Notes under the pieces: generated by a model
The model's input: only the letters and a program-made list of their open reading frames with translations
Told to the model about the DNA's origin: nothing
Database searches by the model: none
Position numbers and translations under genes: made by a program
In this document: in pieces, positions 37,802-47,127 of the stretch
Layout of the letters: the number at the start of each line of letters is the position of its first letter
Numbering within the stretch: the first letter of the stretch is position 1
Source of the DNA: an archaeon
GTDB taxonomy: Archaea; Nanobdellota; Nanobdellia; Pacearchaeales; GW2011-AR1
Assembly (NCBI GenBank): GCA_043821585.1
Contig: JBDRCQ010000015.1
Coordinates: forward strand, 2,909-66,908
DNA: 64,000 nucleotides
Direction of reading: 5' to 3'

Positions 37802-38491
37802 TTAACCTTTGATTAACGTCCCCTTAAAGTTTTTTCCCTTGAGGACTTTTGCAATATTGTTTAGTTCTGGGCCGAGTAGGTAAGTGGGTATCTTGTGCTT
37901 GAGGATTATCTTTGCTGCTTGTTGATCTAAAACAAAGTTTTGACCGTGTTTAAATTTTATTTTTGAGGCTTTTGCGTGGAAATCTTTCCAGGAGATTTCC
38001 GGGATGAGTTTGGCATCTTTGTGCTTTGTTGGATCTTTGTTGAAGAGGCCCGCTACATTTGTCAAGTTTATGAATCTTGCTTTTAGGTAATTTGCTAATT
38101 GGGCTGCCGTGCTGTCTGAAGTTGAGTTCGGGGCAAATCTTAATGCGCCGCAGATTACAAGGTCGTTTTTTGTTAGATTATTTTTGACTTGTTTCATGCT
38201 TTTAGGAAGTGCATCGTTTGCTTCTTTTCCAAACATCTGCATTATGAACTGTGCGTTTGTCCTTGTTGCGCGAATCCCTGCGTTTGCTAGCTCTTTTTCT
38301 GAACGATGTTCTGCTTTAAGGGCTGAGATGTATTTTCTTGCTATGACTCCACCGCCGCAGACGACTACGAATTTATGTGTGCTGTAGTGTTTTCTCAGGG
38401 TTTTTATGAATTTTATTAAAAATGGGGTGTTCATCTTATCTGGGACAATTAAAGACCCGCCCAAGGAGATCACAACTACTTCTTTTTTCAT
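37802..38491 (-). CDS. pyrH: UMP kinase
   Basis: VISLGGS, VCGGG.IARKY, GIRATRTNA, TSDSTAA, NLTNVAGL..KDP. Confidence 0.95.
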   Translation of the reverse strand: MKKEVVVISLGGSLIVPDKMNTPFLIKFIKTLRKHYSTHKFVVVCGGGVIARKYISALKAEHRSEKELANAGIRATRTNAQFIMQMFGKEANDALPKSMKQVKNNLTKNDLVICGALRFAPNSTSDSTAAQLANYLKARFINLTNVAGLFNKDPTKHKDAKLIPEISWKDFHAKASKIKFKHGQNFVLDQQAAKIILKHKIPTYLLGPELNNIAKVLKGKNFKGTLIKG

Positions 38492-38587
38492 ATAAGGGAC
38501 TAAGCGGGGAAGTTTATTAATTTATTTACTTGCCTGGCTTGTTGTAATTTTATAATAGTTCTATTTAGAAAAATTTAAAAAAGGGGC

Positions 38588-40155
38588 TTGTTAGCTGGAA
38601 TTGTGGAAATAAACCATTACGAAGATGGCTCTCAGAATCCAAGTAGGCAGGATGAATTTTTGAGAGTTGTGGATATTCTTGAGCAAATTAGGGGGGCGGA
38701 TGGTGCTATTGTGGGAAAACTGGAAGGCCGGGTGAGTGAAGATTTAAAGGAAAGACTAAGGGACACTTATAAGCGGGCGGGCATGGACGTTAAGGATAGC
38801 CAGATTGATGCGGCTATTGAGCAACATAATTCGGGGAAGTGGGATTTTGAGCCGCCAGAGGGAGGAACAACTGTGGCAAGGTTGTATGTAAATCGGGGAA
38901 GGGTTTTCTGGAGGAGGATTGTCCCGGCTATTGCACTGGCAGGTGCTGCTTGGTTAGGTTGGACGGGTGTAAAGGCAGGCGTCAGAAATCATCATGAGGC
39001 TCAGGAAGCAACAGTAGAACAGGCGGTTGAGCAAGCCTATGAAGAGCGAGCGGAATTAGAACACTCTGTTGAGAGGATTCTATCTTCTCCGTTTGCTCTT
39101 GAGCTGCCTGAATCAGAATCAAGAAAATTGAACTTTGTTGTGGAGTCTGCCCAGGGACAGTTTGACGCAACAGACAATTTCTTTACAGAGTTTTGCCCAG
39201 AGGGCAAGGCGGATATTTTTGTTACAGCTGAGAATTATGCAGATGTGCGAGGCAGGCTTGAAAATACAGTGCAAATAATTTCTGGTGGGAAGGAGATTTA
39301 GAGGGGGCAAGGAAACTTTTGAAAGATCATGAACAATATGGTGTTGTTGGCACTAGTCTAGACAACTTAATATCCCAGATCAGGCGCATGGAAGCTCCAG
39401 ATATTTTGAGAATGCGAGCGGAGATAGTTTATCAGGATGGAAGGGACAGTATTGAAAATAGGCAGCTTGATTCTGCACAAGCATCTAATAATCGATTGAT
39501 GGGGGCTGTTCAGGATTGCTCCGATTTTACAGACATTTCAGGAAGGGTTGACAAGGTATATGGTGTTGTTAAACAGATTGCTGCAGGAAAAGTAGAAAAA
39601 GGAAAAGTTGATGCATTGTACAGAGAGGTCATTGCTGCAGTTTCAACAGGGGAAGTTGAAAGACTGCGAGGTTCATTCTCTAGATTGGAAAATTATGGTG
39701 CCTTGCTGGGTCAAGAATTTAAGATGGTATTTCGTCAGGCACGCCATGAGGGCCAGATGAAAAATGGGGTTGATCGGTACTTTACTGGAGAGAGCGGCAA
39801 GAGGGAGAGCGGAGTTTATATGTTTTCAAGCGCATTTGGACAGAGTGATCAACCATTACGTGTAGACATATACAATGAGGAGACTCAAAGGACCGATGTT
39901 GTTGAAGTGTGGGGCGAAAAAGTTGGAACCAGCACGCGAGATCCCCTGCTGCAAAGGCTGCTTAATGATAAGAAAGACAATGGCCATATTGATAATAGCA
40001 GTCTTAGCGAGGATGAAATGGCTCGTGGGGTCCGTAATGTTGGAGATAACAGGGCCTTTGGGGAAAAGAAAAGGGGATATGAGAGTTTTATTATGTACTT
40101 GACTGATGATCGTGGGCAACCATTTGAAAGGACTGGACAAATTACACAATGGTGA
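38588..40155 (+). pseudogene. DUF6384-like membrane protein, apparently split by a frameshift near 39290 (ORFs 38588-39301 and 39319-40155)
   Basis: RVVDILE...LKERLRDTYKRAGMDVKDSQIDAA...FEPP...ARLYVNRG followed by a TM helix; the alternative frame continues EGDLEGARKLLKDHEQY; C-terminal NGVDR...NEET..WG..DKKDNG..GEKKRGY..GQITQW. Confidence 0.6.
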
Positions 40156-41546
40156 GTGGAAGCAGTGCCTTGAGCACATTAAGGGGAAAGATAGATGAAG
40201 TGGAAAGAGATCATGGTTTTGCTAGAAGATCTGTAGAAGAGGCTGAGCAGAAGTTGGAACAACTGAGGCGGCAACGAAATGATTCCTATGTAGAGCTCGC
40301 GCAGATTTACTTGCCCGAACTTGATGCACAAGCTGTCCAAAGCACATTGGAGGGGTTGCGTGATACTGCTCAGAGGGCTTTTGAAGCTAAACAGGACAGA
40401 ATGGGGGAGCTTGATAGGTTGATGCAAGAGAGTGCTGTTCGAAGAGATGAACTTGAGGGGAGACTTAATGAAATCGGTGGAAAGATTAAATCTCTTGCGA
40501 AAACTCGGGATGAAACTCAGGCAATAGTTGCCCAGGATCTTGGGGATAACCAGAGGTATCAACAATTAATTAAAACTGCAGATGGTGCAAAGGAACGCTT
40601 TGCGAGAAATAGGGCTCGAGCAGAGGTTTTTGAAAAAGATATTCGGGGAAAGATTAGAGAATATGAGGGCAATGAACTTTTCATGTATCTTGTTGGTAGA
40701 AGATTTGGCACGGAGGAGGCTAAGGGTAATTGGTTTACGCGTGCACTTGATTTGTTGGTAGCTCAACAGGTTAAATTTGGGAAGAATAAAGAGAACTATG
40801 ATTTCCTAGTAGCTATACCCGATAGGATCCAGGTAGAAATTAAGCGGCAAGAACAGGCTTTGGGAAATGCCACTGCTGAAATGGCCAGAATTGAGGAGGA
40901 TGCATCAGTTAGACATGGACTACCCCCAATTCTTGAGCAAGGTGCTTTGGCTTTAGAAACTCGAAATAATTTTCTTGAGGAGATTGATGCTAGCGAGAAC
41001 GCACGTGAAAAATATGAGGGAGCGAGAAGAGCGCTCGATACAACGCGTGGTGAATTTTACCAGGGCGTTGTTGGAGAGATTGCTTCTTATTTAGAGGGCC
41101 AGAGTATTGAAGAACTTCGGAAACGTGCTTTGGAAACGCCTGATCCGAGGGATGATCATATTGTGGAAAGGATTGATGGCCTCATTAGAACTATCTCTGC
41201 AGAAGAAGGAGACTTACCTGCTAAGAGAGAACAAGAACAAGAACTTTCAAGAAAACTGTGTGACTTGCGGGGAATCAAACAGAGGTTTGTAAATAAAGAT
41301 TATGAATCAGGTAGGTCGTATTTTGACGATGGCCTTGACTTTGATAGTTTACTATTAGGTTTTATGGCTGGAAGATTTTCTGCAACTAGCATTAATGGTT
41401 CGATTGATAATAGTCAGCATTTTAGGCCTAGGCCTTCTTATTCAAGTTCATCTAGTTCTTCTTCTTCTAGTATTTCTAGTAGTAGTTTCTCTAGTGGTAG
41501 CAGCGGTTTTGGAGGAGGTAGTTTCTCTAGTGGCAGCGGATTTTAG
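40149..41546 (+). CDS. Long coiled-coil protein with Ser/Gly tail ending GGGSFSSGSGF
   Basis: MVSGSSAL start, YEGNELFMYL..RRFGT, TPDPRDD; overlaps the upstream gene. Confidence 0.8.
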   Translation: MVSGSSALSTLRGKIDEVERDHGFARRSVEEAEQKLEQLRRQRNDSYVELAQIYLPELDAQAVQSTLEGLRDTAQRAFEAKQDRMGELDRLMQESAVRRDELEGRLNEIGGKIKSLAKTRDETQAIVAQDLGDNQRYQQLIKTADGAKERFARNRARAEVFEKDIRGKIREYEGNELFMYLVGRRFGTEEAKGNWFTRALDLLVAQQVKFGKNKENYDFLVAIPDRIQVEIKRQEQALGNATAEMARIEEDASVRHGLPPILEQGALALETRNNFLEEIDASENAREKYEGARRALDTTRGEFYQGVVGEIASYLEGQSIEELRKRALETPDPRDDHIVERIDGLIRTISAEEGDLPAKREQEQELSRKLCDLRGIKQRFVNKDYESGRSYFDDGLDFDSLLLGFMAGRFSATSINGSIDNSQHFRPRPSYSSSSSSSSSSISSSSFSSGSSGFGGGSFSSGSGF

Positions 41547-41628
41547 AATTTTCATTGGGCGAAGTGGTGAAAGGAAGCATGGTCTTGGGAATAGTAATTG
41601 TTTATAACTCTTGCATGTATTGAATTTC

Positions 41629-42195
41629 ATGGCGAGAAGCAAGCCTCCAATGTTTACTGCATCTTTTCTTGCAGAGGAACTTGCAAGATACTGGGTTCAT
41701 GGTCAGCAGGCACCGTTAAAGGGATTCACTATTGCTCAGCTTCGTCCTGGTGAAGGGGTCGCGCCTTCTATAGACTTAGATCGGTCAAATGGGAGGGTTT
41801 TTGTTCATAGGGGGGAGGGTGATCAGATAATCTATTTTACGGATGTGGGCATCTCACAATACGTTTATGTTCATAATTTAGGGTTAAGGGTTAGGGACAC
41901 TAGGCGATTGGAAGATGCGTTGGTTCAGAGAATTGATGGGCTGTCTGGAGACCGGAGAGATAAATATCTTGCACAGTTTGATAAACCTATTGTGATTTCT
42001 GATACGGTGGAGTTTAAAGGATCTAATCACAATGGCTTGTCTGTAATGGCCCAGGTCTTTTCAGTGCCAAGGGGGCCACATCATAAGATTTCTAGCCGTC
42101 TTTTTGAGTATGGTTATAATGTTCTTGCCTTGCCTGCTTTTTGTGTCTTAAGTGGGAGGCCGCTTCCTGAGGCTGATGAGTGGAATGTGTTCTGA
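41629..42195 (+). CDS. Hypothetical protein
   Basis: ATG about 25 nt after TTTATAA. Confidence 0.65.
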   Translation: MARSKPPMFTASFLAEELARYWVHGQQAPLKGFTIAQLRPGEGVAPSIDLDRSNGRVFVHRGEGDQIIYFTDVGISQYVYVHNLGLRVRDTRRLEDALVQRIDGLSGDRRDKYLAQFDKPIVISDTVEFKGSNHNGLSVMAQVFSVPRGPHHKISSRLFEYGYNVLALPAFCVLSGRPLPEADEWNVF

Positions 42196-42771
42196 TCATT
42201 TGAAAATTTCACCGTTTTCTTGGGACCACCAATGGACGTCTAAGATGTCTGCTTCAATGTTTAGCCTTTGAGCGTGCGCCAAGAAAATTTGTTCTACTTC
42301 TAAATAATGTCGCTGGTTTTTAATTTTTGGTTCTGGAATTAGGTTTAGTTCATGGAGGTTTTTTAGAATGTGCCTATCTAGGATTGCAATTTTGTTGTTA
42401 GAAATTCCGATGTTTCTCATAAAGTGGGATGCTTCTTTAAGTCCGTAGCCGTTGACTTGTTTTGCTATTTTGTTGCGTAACTTGAGGATATCTTTTTGTG
42501 ATAAAAGCGGTTTGATAACCTTCCAAGTTTCTTCTGCTTGTAAAATTCTCTTGGCTTTTGTGTGGTGAAAGCGTGTTTTGGTTGATAAGATTTCTGTTAT
42601 CTTTTTTTGTGTTGGGCTTTTTAATTTGGAAATTTCTTCTACTGCCTGCCAACATCTTTGTGCGTTAGATTGGGGCGTTAGAAGGCAGAATTGGAATTCT
42701 TTGAATTTTTGTTTTTCGTTTAATGATTTAAACTCTTCTAAACGTTTTCTTATCTGGTCCCTTTTATCCAT
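42196..42771 (-). CDS. ogg: Archaeal 8-oxoguanine DNA glycosylase/AP lyase
   Basis: FCLLTPQS, RFHHTKA, GYGLKEASHFMRNIG, AILDRHIL, YLEVE, LD..WW...GEIFK. Confidence 0.92.
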   Translation of the reverse strand: MDKRDQIRKRLEEFKSLNEKQKFKEFQFCLLTPQSNAQRCWQAVEEISKLKSPTQKKITEILSTKTRFHHTKAKRILQAEETWKVIKPLLSQKDILKLRNKIAKQVNGYGLKEASHFMRNIGISNNKIAILDRHILKNLHELNLIPEPKIKNQRHYLEVEQIFLAHAQRLNIEADILDVHWWSQENGEIFK

Positions 42772-42794
42772 AAGATTTTTTATTTTGAGAGGTA

Positions 42795-43487
42795 TTAAAA
42801 TCTTTGGAAGGGGTTGCGTTTTTGGATTACAAATCTGGTGCCTACGAAATCAGATACAACTGCCGTGACTACTAAGTCTTGGATTGCTGCGCGGAATACG
42901 CCGCTTGTTAGTGGGATACGGGTTTGATCAGAAACATTGTGCATTACCGCATTTATTTCTTCGTTCGTTAGGGTTACTGCGGAGGTTTGAACTGAGCCGC
43001 TGCGGTTTACAAGCAAATTCTTGTAAGGTCCTGGGCATTCTACACTAAACACCGAGGGGTCTATTAAGATTCCTGCGAGTTTTCCAAGATTTATTGTTTC
43101 TGGCTTTTGTCCAGGTCTAAGACTAGTTGGTTGGTAAGGTTGTTGCGGCAGAGGGAATGGACTATGTCTTGGAATAGGGATTCTTCCAGGAGAAGGGTGC
43201 ATTCTTGGTTCGACTACTCCGAAGTTCCTTCTGAATTGGTGTATCTCGTGTGGTTGTGGGGGTGGCAGTCCTGAGGTTTTTGGGAACAAATTCTCTCTTG
43301 AAAAATCTCTCATGGGCATTGCCCTGACTTTCTTTAGTTCTTCAGTCATGTCCGCAAGCTTGTCTTTTTGGAAACTCTCTTGAAGTTCCTTGTCTTTTTT
43401 CGGATCGTATGCGTTTATGACTAAGCTTCTAACAAAAGCTTCCAAGAAGTGTTCTCTCAATATTTGCCTTTGTTCTTTTTCTGGCAT
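42795..43487 (-). CDS. Hypothetical protein with Pro-rich linker and a domain resembling the VirB11/CpaF N-terminal region
   Basis: LIDPSVFSVECPGP...LTNEEINAVMHNVS..TRIPL..GVFRAA; no Walker A. Confidence 0.6.
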   Translation of the reverse strand: MPEKEQRQILREHFLEAFVRSLVINAYDPKKDKELQESFQKDKLADMTEELKKVRAMPMRDFSRENLFPKTSGLPPPQPHEIHQFRRNFGVVEPRMHPSPGRIPIPRHSPFPLPQQPYQPTSLRPGQKPETINLGKLAGILIDPSVFSVECPGPYKNLLVNRSGSVQTSAVTLTNEEINAVMHNVSDQTRIPLTSGVFRAAIQDLVVTAVVSDFVGTRFVIQKRNPFQRF

Positions 43488-43488
43488 T

Positions 43489-44064
43489 TTAGAAACGAGG
43501 TAGCGGCCTGTTGCGTGTTGTCATTGAAGGCGTGAATTGTTGCTCTTCAGGTTTTTTCTTTTCAGGAGCCGTTTTACTCGGAGTAGAATATATTCTTTCC
43601 CTCATTCTTTCTTCCATTAGAGTTAGACCTTTTGCAAGAGTTTTGTTTTGATCTAAGAGTTTGTCTATTTTTTCTAAGAACTCTTTATCTTTGGTGTATT
43701 GGTCATTCTCTGGAACGTTTTTAGCAAAGTTTCTTGCAGTCACTTCGAATAATGCTAGCAAGTGAGAGATCTCTTTAGCGAGGTGGGAGAATTTTTCGGA
43801 AAGATCTGTTTGTACCTTTTGCAGCTCCACGAGGTTTTTTAAGATTGCGTGTTCTATCTCTCTGTCTGCATGGGTTGTTTTGATGACTGTTCTCGGGTGG
43901 GCAATTGTTCTTACTGTGGCAACTTTTCTTTTTTTACGTTTTTTACGAGTTGTTTTCTTTTTTGCTTTTAGCTCAAGGACTATTGTGTCTTTGTCATCAC
44001 TTTTCTCCCTAGAACTAGTTGCTTTCTTCCTCTTTTTTGGCATGTTAGGTTTAGGCGGGGGCAA
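43489..44064 (-). CDS. Hypothetical protein (basic N-terminus, coiled coil)
   Basis: NLVELQKV..LSEKF...LLALFE...KIDKLLDQNKTLAKGLTLME. Confidence 0.75.
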   Translation of the reverse strand: MPPPKPNMPKKRKKATSSREKSDDKDTIVLELKAKKKTTRKKRKKRKVATVRTIAHPRTVIKTTHADREIEHAILKNLVELQKVQTDLSEKFSHLAKEISHLLALFEVTARNFAKNVPENDQYTKDKEFLEKIDKLLDQNKTLAKGLTLMEERMRERIYSTPSKTAPEKKKPEEQQFTPSMTTRNRPLPRF

Positions 44065-44103
44065 TTTATAAATGTTTTTAAGTTTGAGAAGTTTCCTTTT
44101 TGC

Positions 44104-44487
44104 ATGAAAGTTCTGTCTTTGAAACAGCCGTTTGCGGAATTGATCTTGCAGGGTCGAAAAACTATGGACCTTAGGAAATGGAATACTCTGTTTCGGGGAG
44201 AATTTTTAATACATGCTTCGAAAGTTTCCGATAGCGTTTCAATGAGAAAATTTGGTTTCACAGATTTACCGACGGGGCGTATTGTAGGGCAAGCTTGCTT
44301 GAGAAATGTTGTTAAATACGTATCGGACGAAGATTTAGGGCGGGATAAAAGTAGACATTTAGCTTCGTCTGATTGGGGGCGATATGGCTTTGTCTTAAGC
44401 GACGTTCAAAGAGTGGAAGAAGTTGAAGTTAATGGGGCGTTGCGTTTTTGGGAATATCTGGGAGTGGTAAAGCTTAAAACTGGTTAG
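44104..44487 (+). CDS. ASCH-domain protein
   Basis: LSLKQPFAELILQGRKTMDLRKW...RG..LIHAS...G.IVG...GALRFW. Confidence 0.9.
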   Translation: MKVLSLKQPFAELILQGRKTMDLRKWNTLFRGEFLIHASKVSDSVSMRKFGFTDLPTGRIVGQACLRNVVKYVSDEDLGRDKSRHLASSDWGRYGFVLSDVQRVEEVEVNGALRFWEYLGVVKLKTG

Positions 44488-44503
44488 ATATTTGAGAATG
44501 TGT

Positions 44504-44574
44504 GGGTGCGTAGTATAATGGTAGAATATCTGCCTCCAGAGCAGAGGACGGGGGTTCGATTCCCTCCGCGCCCA
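44504..44574 (+). tRNA. tRNA-Trp(CCA), intronless
   Basis: Acceptor GGGTGCG/CGCGCCC, anticodon stem TCTGC-CTCCAGA-GCAGA, T-arm GGGGG-TTCGATT-CCCTC. Confidence 0.96.
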
Positions 44575-44585
44575 TTCATTACATT

Positions 44586-44660
44586 GGAAGTTTTTTAAAC
44601 TTTAAGTTATGTAAATAATCATATACTCCCAGGATTGACTTTGTGCAACCCTGGGTTTTT
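44586..44660 (+). ncRNA. Orphan TATA plus CCCAGG/CCTGGG hairpin unit (copy of the NYN leader)
   Basis: GGAAGTTTTTTAAACTT...CATATAC.CCCAGGATTG...TGCAA.CCTGGG followed by T5; no ORF follows. Confidence 0.55.
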
Positions 44661-44808
44661 ATATCTAAAATTTTATTAAGTTATAATTGCTTCATTCTTG
44701 ATTAGGTTTCTAATTGAGCTTTTTCTTTAATGGTCTTTGTGCCCATATCTGAAGATGGTAAATAATCAGATGGTTTTCTATAAAATTAGATTTCTATAAA
44801 CTTAATAG

Positions 44809-45114
44809 TCATACAAGTTCTTCTACAAACTCTTCTTTTTTAGATAAGTTCGCTCTGTATACTCTAGGGAAACCATTTCCTCTACTAAATTTCACTCTTT
44901 GAACAAAACCCCTTTCAACGTAAGGTTCAAGAAAACTATGTATTTCACTTTCATGCCCTCTTGTTCGAGGTTCAGGATTATCGTAGTTCCAAACAATTTC
45001 AGATGGATTAAAATATCTTTCCGGATCATCTATAGTTTCAGTTAGTTTCACTAAGGATGTGAGCATTTTTCTTTGAATTTCATTTGTTTCTTGAGTTATC
45101 TTCATAGAAACCAC
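44809..45114 (-). CDS. Hypothetical protein (possible winged helix)
   Basis: LEPYVERGFVQRV...GFPRVYRAN resembles a wHTH wing. Confidence 0.6.
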   Translation of the reverse strand: MVSMKITQETNEIQRKMLTSLVKLTETIDDPERYFNPSEIVWNYDNPEPRTRGHESEIHSFLEPYVERGFVQRVKFSRGNGFPRVYRANLSKKEEFVEELV

Positions 45115-45229
45115 ACTAATTAACTCTATAAAAACCTATAGATAGTAAAAAACTAAGTGATCACTTCTCCTATCACTAGTTCTCTAACGAACTTTTTCCT
45201 GTAATGGTTTTCACTAAAAACTAGATAAC

Positions 45230-45301
45230 GGAAGTTTTTTAAACTTCAAACCATGTGGACAAGCATATACCCCCCAGGATTGCACTGCAAGCCTGGGCTT
45301 A
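45230..45301 (+). promoter_or_regulatory. TATA plus 5' hairpin leader of the NYN gene
   Basis: Hairpin CCCAGGATTGCACTGCAAGCCTGGG (45273-45297) lies between TTTTTAAA and the ATG at 45309. Confidence 0.65.
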
Positions 45302-45308
45302 TTTTTTC

Positions 45309-45857
45309 ATGATTGACAAAGAAAGAGTTGCGGTTTTTATTGACGGAAGCAATCATTACCATGTTGTAAAAAGTCTAATAAAAAGTTCCAAGAAAATGAT
45401 GGAATTTAATTTTCAAAAATTTGTTGCAAGTCTTATAAAAGATAGAACGTTCGTAAGAACATATTATTATACTGCTCCTTTAGACTGGAAAAAAAATCCA
45501 AAGACTTATGCAAAACAACAGCAATTTTTTGAGAAGCTCGAATCTTTACCAGATTTTAAACTTGTATTATGCAGAATGCAAAAAGTGAAAATTGACGGAA
45601 AGACAATTTATCAGGTTAAGGAAGATGATATTCATCTTGCCGTTGACATGGTCAAGCTAGCCTATAATAACGCTTACGACACGGCAGTTTTGGTGTCTTC
45701 CGATGGTGACTTTGTTCCAGCGATTTTGGCTGCAAAAGAGATAGGGAAGAGGATTGAAAATATTGGGTTCGAAACAAAGTTTTCATATCATCTGAAGCAG
45801 GTGTGTGACAGATTCAGGAGATTGAAGAGGGAAGAAGTTGAAACGTTCTTCGATTAA
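45309..45857 (+). CDS. NYN-domain (LabA/DUF88) PIN-like ribonuclease
   Basis: VFIDGSNHY, YYYTA, VKEDDIHLAVDM, AYDTAVLVSSDGDFVP, SYHLKQVCD. Confidence 0.93.
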   Translation: MIDKERVAVFIDGSNHYHVVKSLIKSSKKMMEFNFQKFVASLIKDRTFVRTYYYTAPLDWKKNPKTYAKQQQFFEKLESLPDFKLVLCRMQKVKIDGKTIYQVKEDDIHLAVDMVKLAYNNAYDTAVLVSSDGDFVPAILAAKEIGKRIENIGFETKFSYHLKQVCDRFRRLKREEVETFFD

Positions 45858-45973
45858 TTTTCTAACAAACCTTTTTCTATAATTGTCTCCGCGTCCACTT
45901 CAGGAATCAAACGGAATTAAATCCCAATGCCACGTCTAAGCTTATCAATCAACTAGAACAAGTTTCTAATTAC

Positions 45974-46117
45974 TTACTGCTCTCTCTTCTGGATTGTGTA
46001 GGCGCACTTACTGCACTTCCACTTTTCGAAAACATCCTCTTTGTAAGAGAAAGGTAATAGAACTCCCTCCCCGCACTCTGGACATTTTGGAAAAATTCCC
46101 ATGTCTTTGCTTTCCAT
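45974..46117 (-). CDS. Small zinc-ribbon protein (47 aa)
   Basis: MESKDMGIFPKCPECGEGVLLPFSYKEDVFEKWKCSKCAYTIQKREQ*; two CxxC motifs; TATA at about 46140. Confidence 0.75.
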   Translation of the reverse strand: MESKDMGIFPKCPECGEGVLLPFSYKEDVFEKWKCSKCAYTIQKREQ

Positions 46118-46175
46118 AACTGTTTGTGGGAAGAAGGGCTTTTAAGTTTTGCGGATTTGATCTGAGGTGAAATTG

Positions 46176-46296
46176 GACGCTTCGCGTCTTGTTATATCAT
46201 TCGCTATGCTCGCGAATTATCGTACCACCACCCCCGAAGGACCGAGGGACGAGAGGGTTTGGTAAACCTCAATCTCCTGCTTTTTCAACAGAACTC
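46176..46296. mobile_element. Degenerate element end (one GGCTCTGTTGAAAA-type terminus plus GC hairpins)
   Basis: TTTTTCAACAGAAC at 46281-46294; GACGC-TTC-GCGTC hairpin; no matching left end found. Confidence 0.4.
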
Positions 46297-46340
46297 TGCT
46301 TGTGGAAAAGTTTTAAAAGCGAGTTTGGTGCGAATTGTTT

Positions 46341-47096
46341 ATGGTACTGATAGACATTCACCTTGAAGGGATCAAGAAAGAACGTTTCTTTGATAATGAT
46401 CCGACGAAGTTACTTAGAGAGATATTGACTAGAAATGTGCCTGTTGTGCTTTCTTTACCGCCGTGGATGGAAAATTATTGGATGGAGTCTGAGAAGGGAC
46501 CTGAGACTATTGAGCTGGCGCGAGAGGTTGTTAAAAGGCCTGGAAGTTTCCTTGGACAGCAAGGGAATATGCATCGGTGTAGTTATCCGCATGGGTTAGT
46601 TGATCCCTGGCATGAGAATTACTGTCTTTGGGGCCCTAGAAAGAGTGCTAAGGAACAGAGGAATTTTATGACTGAGGGGAGGGATAGATTGAGTGAGTTT
46701 ATGGATGTCGAGCCGAAAGTGTATTGTCCGCCTAATCATTTGTGGGATAATACTACATTGCATGTGGCAGATGAAATGGGCTATACTCATGTAACTGATA
46801 AGGCGATGATTCCGTTGGCACCGTATCGATTCGGGGGTTTGATTGTTGTTCCTGAAGGGGATATGCGGAAAGGAGATTTTATGAATGCTGCAGCTTATAT
46901 TCATTATGATGAATTGGATAGCCATAGGGAATTTTATAGGCAGGCGATGCAGGGTTCTATATCGCTTGCAGACATTACTCCGGAAAGAGTTTCTCAAAAG
47001 TTGATTGACAGGAATCGGAGAATGAAACATATGCATAAGATTGCAAGAGATCTTGTTAGGATGCCCCAGACTGCTTGGAGAACCTTAAGGAGTTAG
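46341..47096 (+). CDS. Polysaccharide-deacetylase-like (DUF2334-like) protein
   Basis: GQQGNMH, EGRDRL, YCPPNHLWD..TL...GY. Confidence 0.65.
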   Translation: MVLIDIHLEGIKKERFFDNDPTKLLREILTRNVPVVLSLPPWMENYWMESEKGPETIELAREVVKRPGSFLGQQGNMHRCSYPHGLVDPWHENYCLWGPRKSAKEQRNFMTEGRDRLSEFMDVEPKVYCPPNHLWDNTTLHVADEMGYTHVTDKAMIPLAPYRFGGLIVVPEGDMRKGDFMNAAAYIHYDELDSHREFYRQAMQGSISLADITPERVSQKLIDRNRRMKHMHKIARDLVRMPQTAWRTLRS

Positions 47097-47127
47097 TTTT
47101 TTAAATCAATTTTTCTAAGTGGTTGTC

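Noticed and set aside
41435..41546. TCT/AGT repeats as a tandem-repeat or contingency locus
   Set aside because: Degenerate codons of a Ser/Gly-rich protein tail
44690..44812. Possible small gene downstream of 44809-45114
   Set aside because: The frame is interrupted by stops and no motif is recognisable
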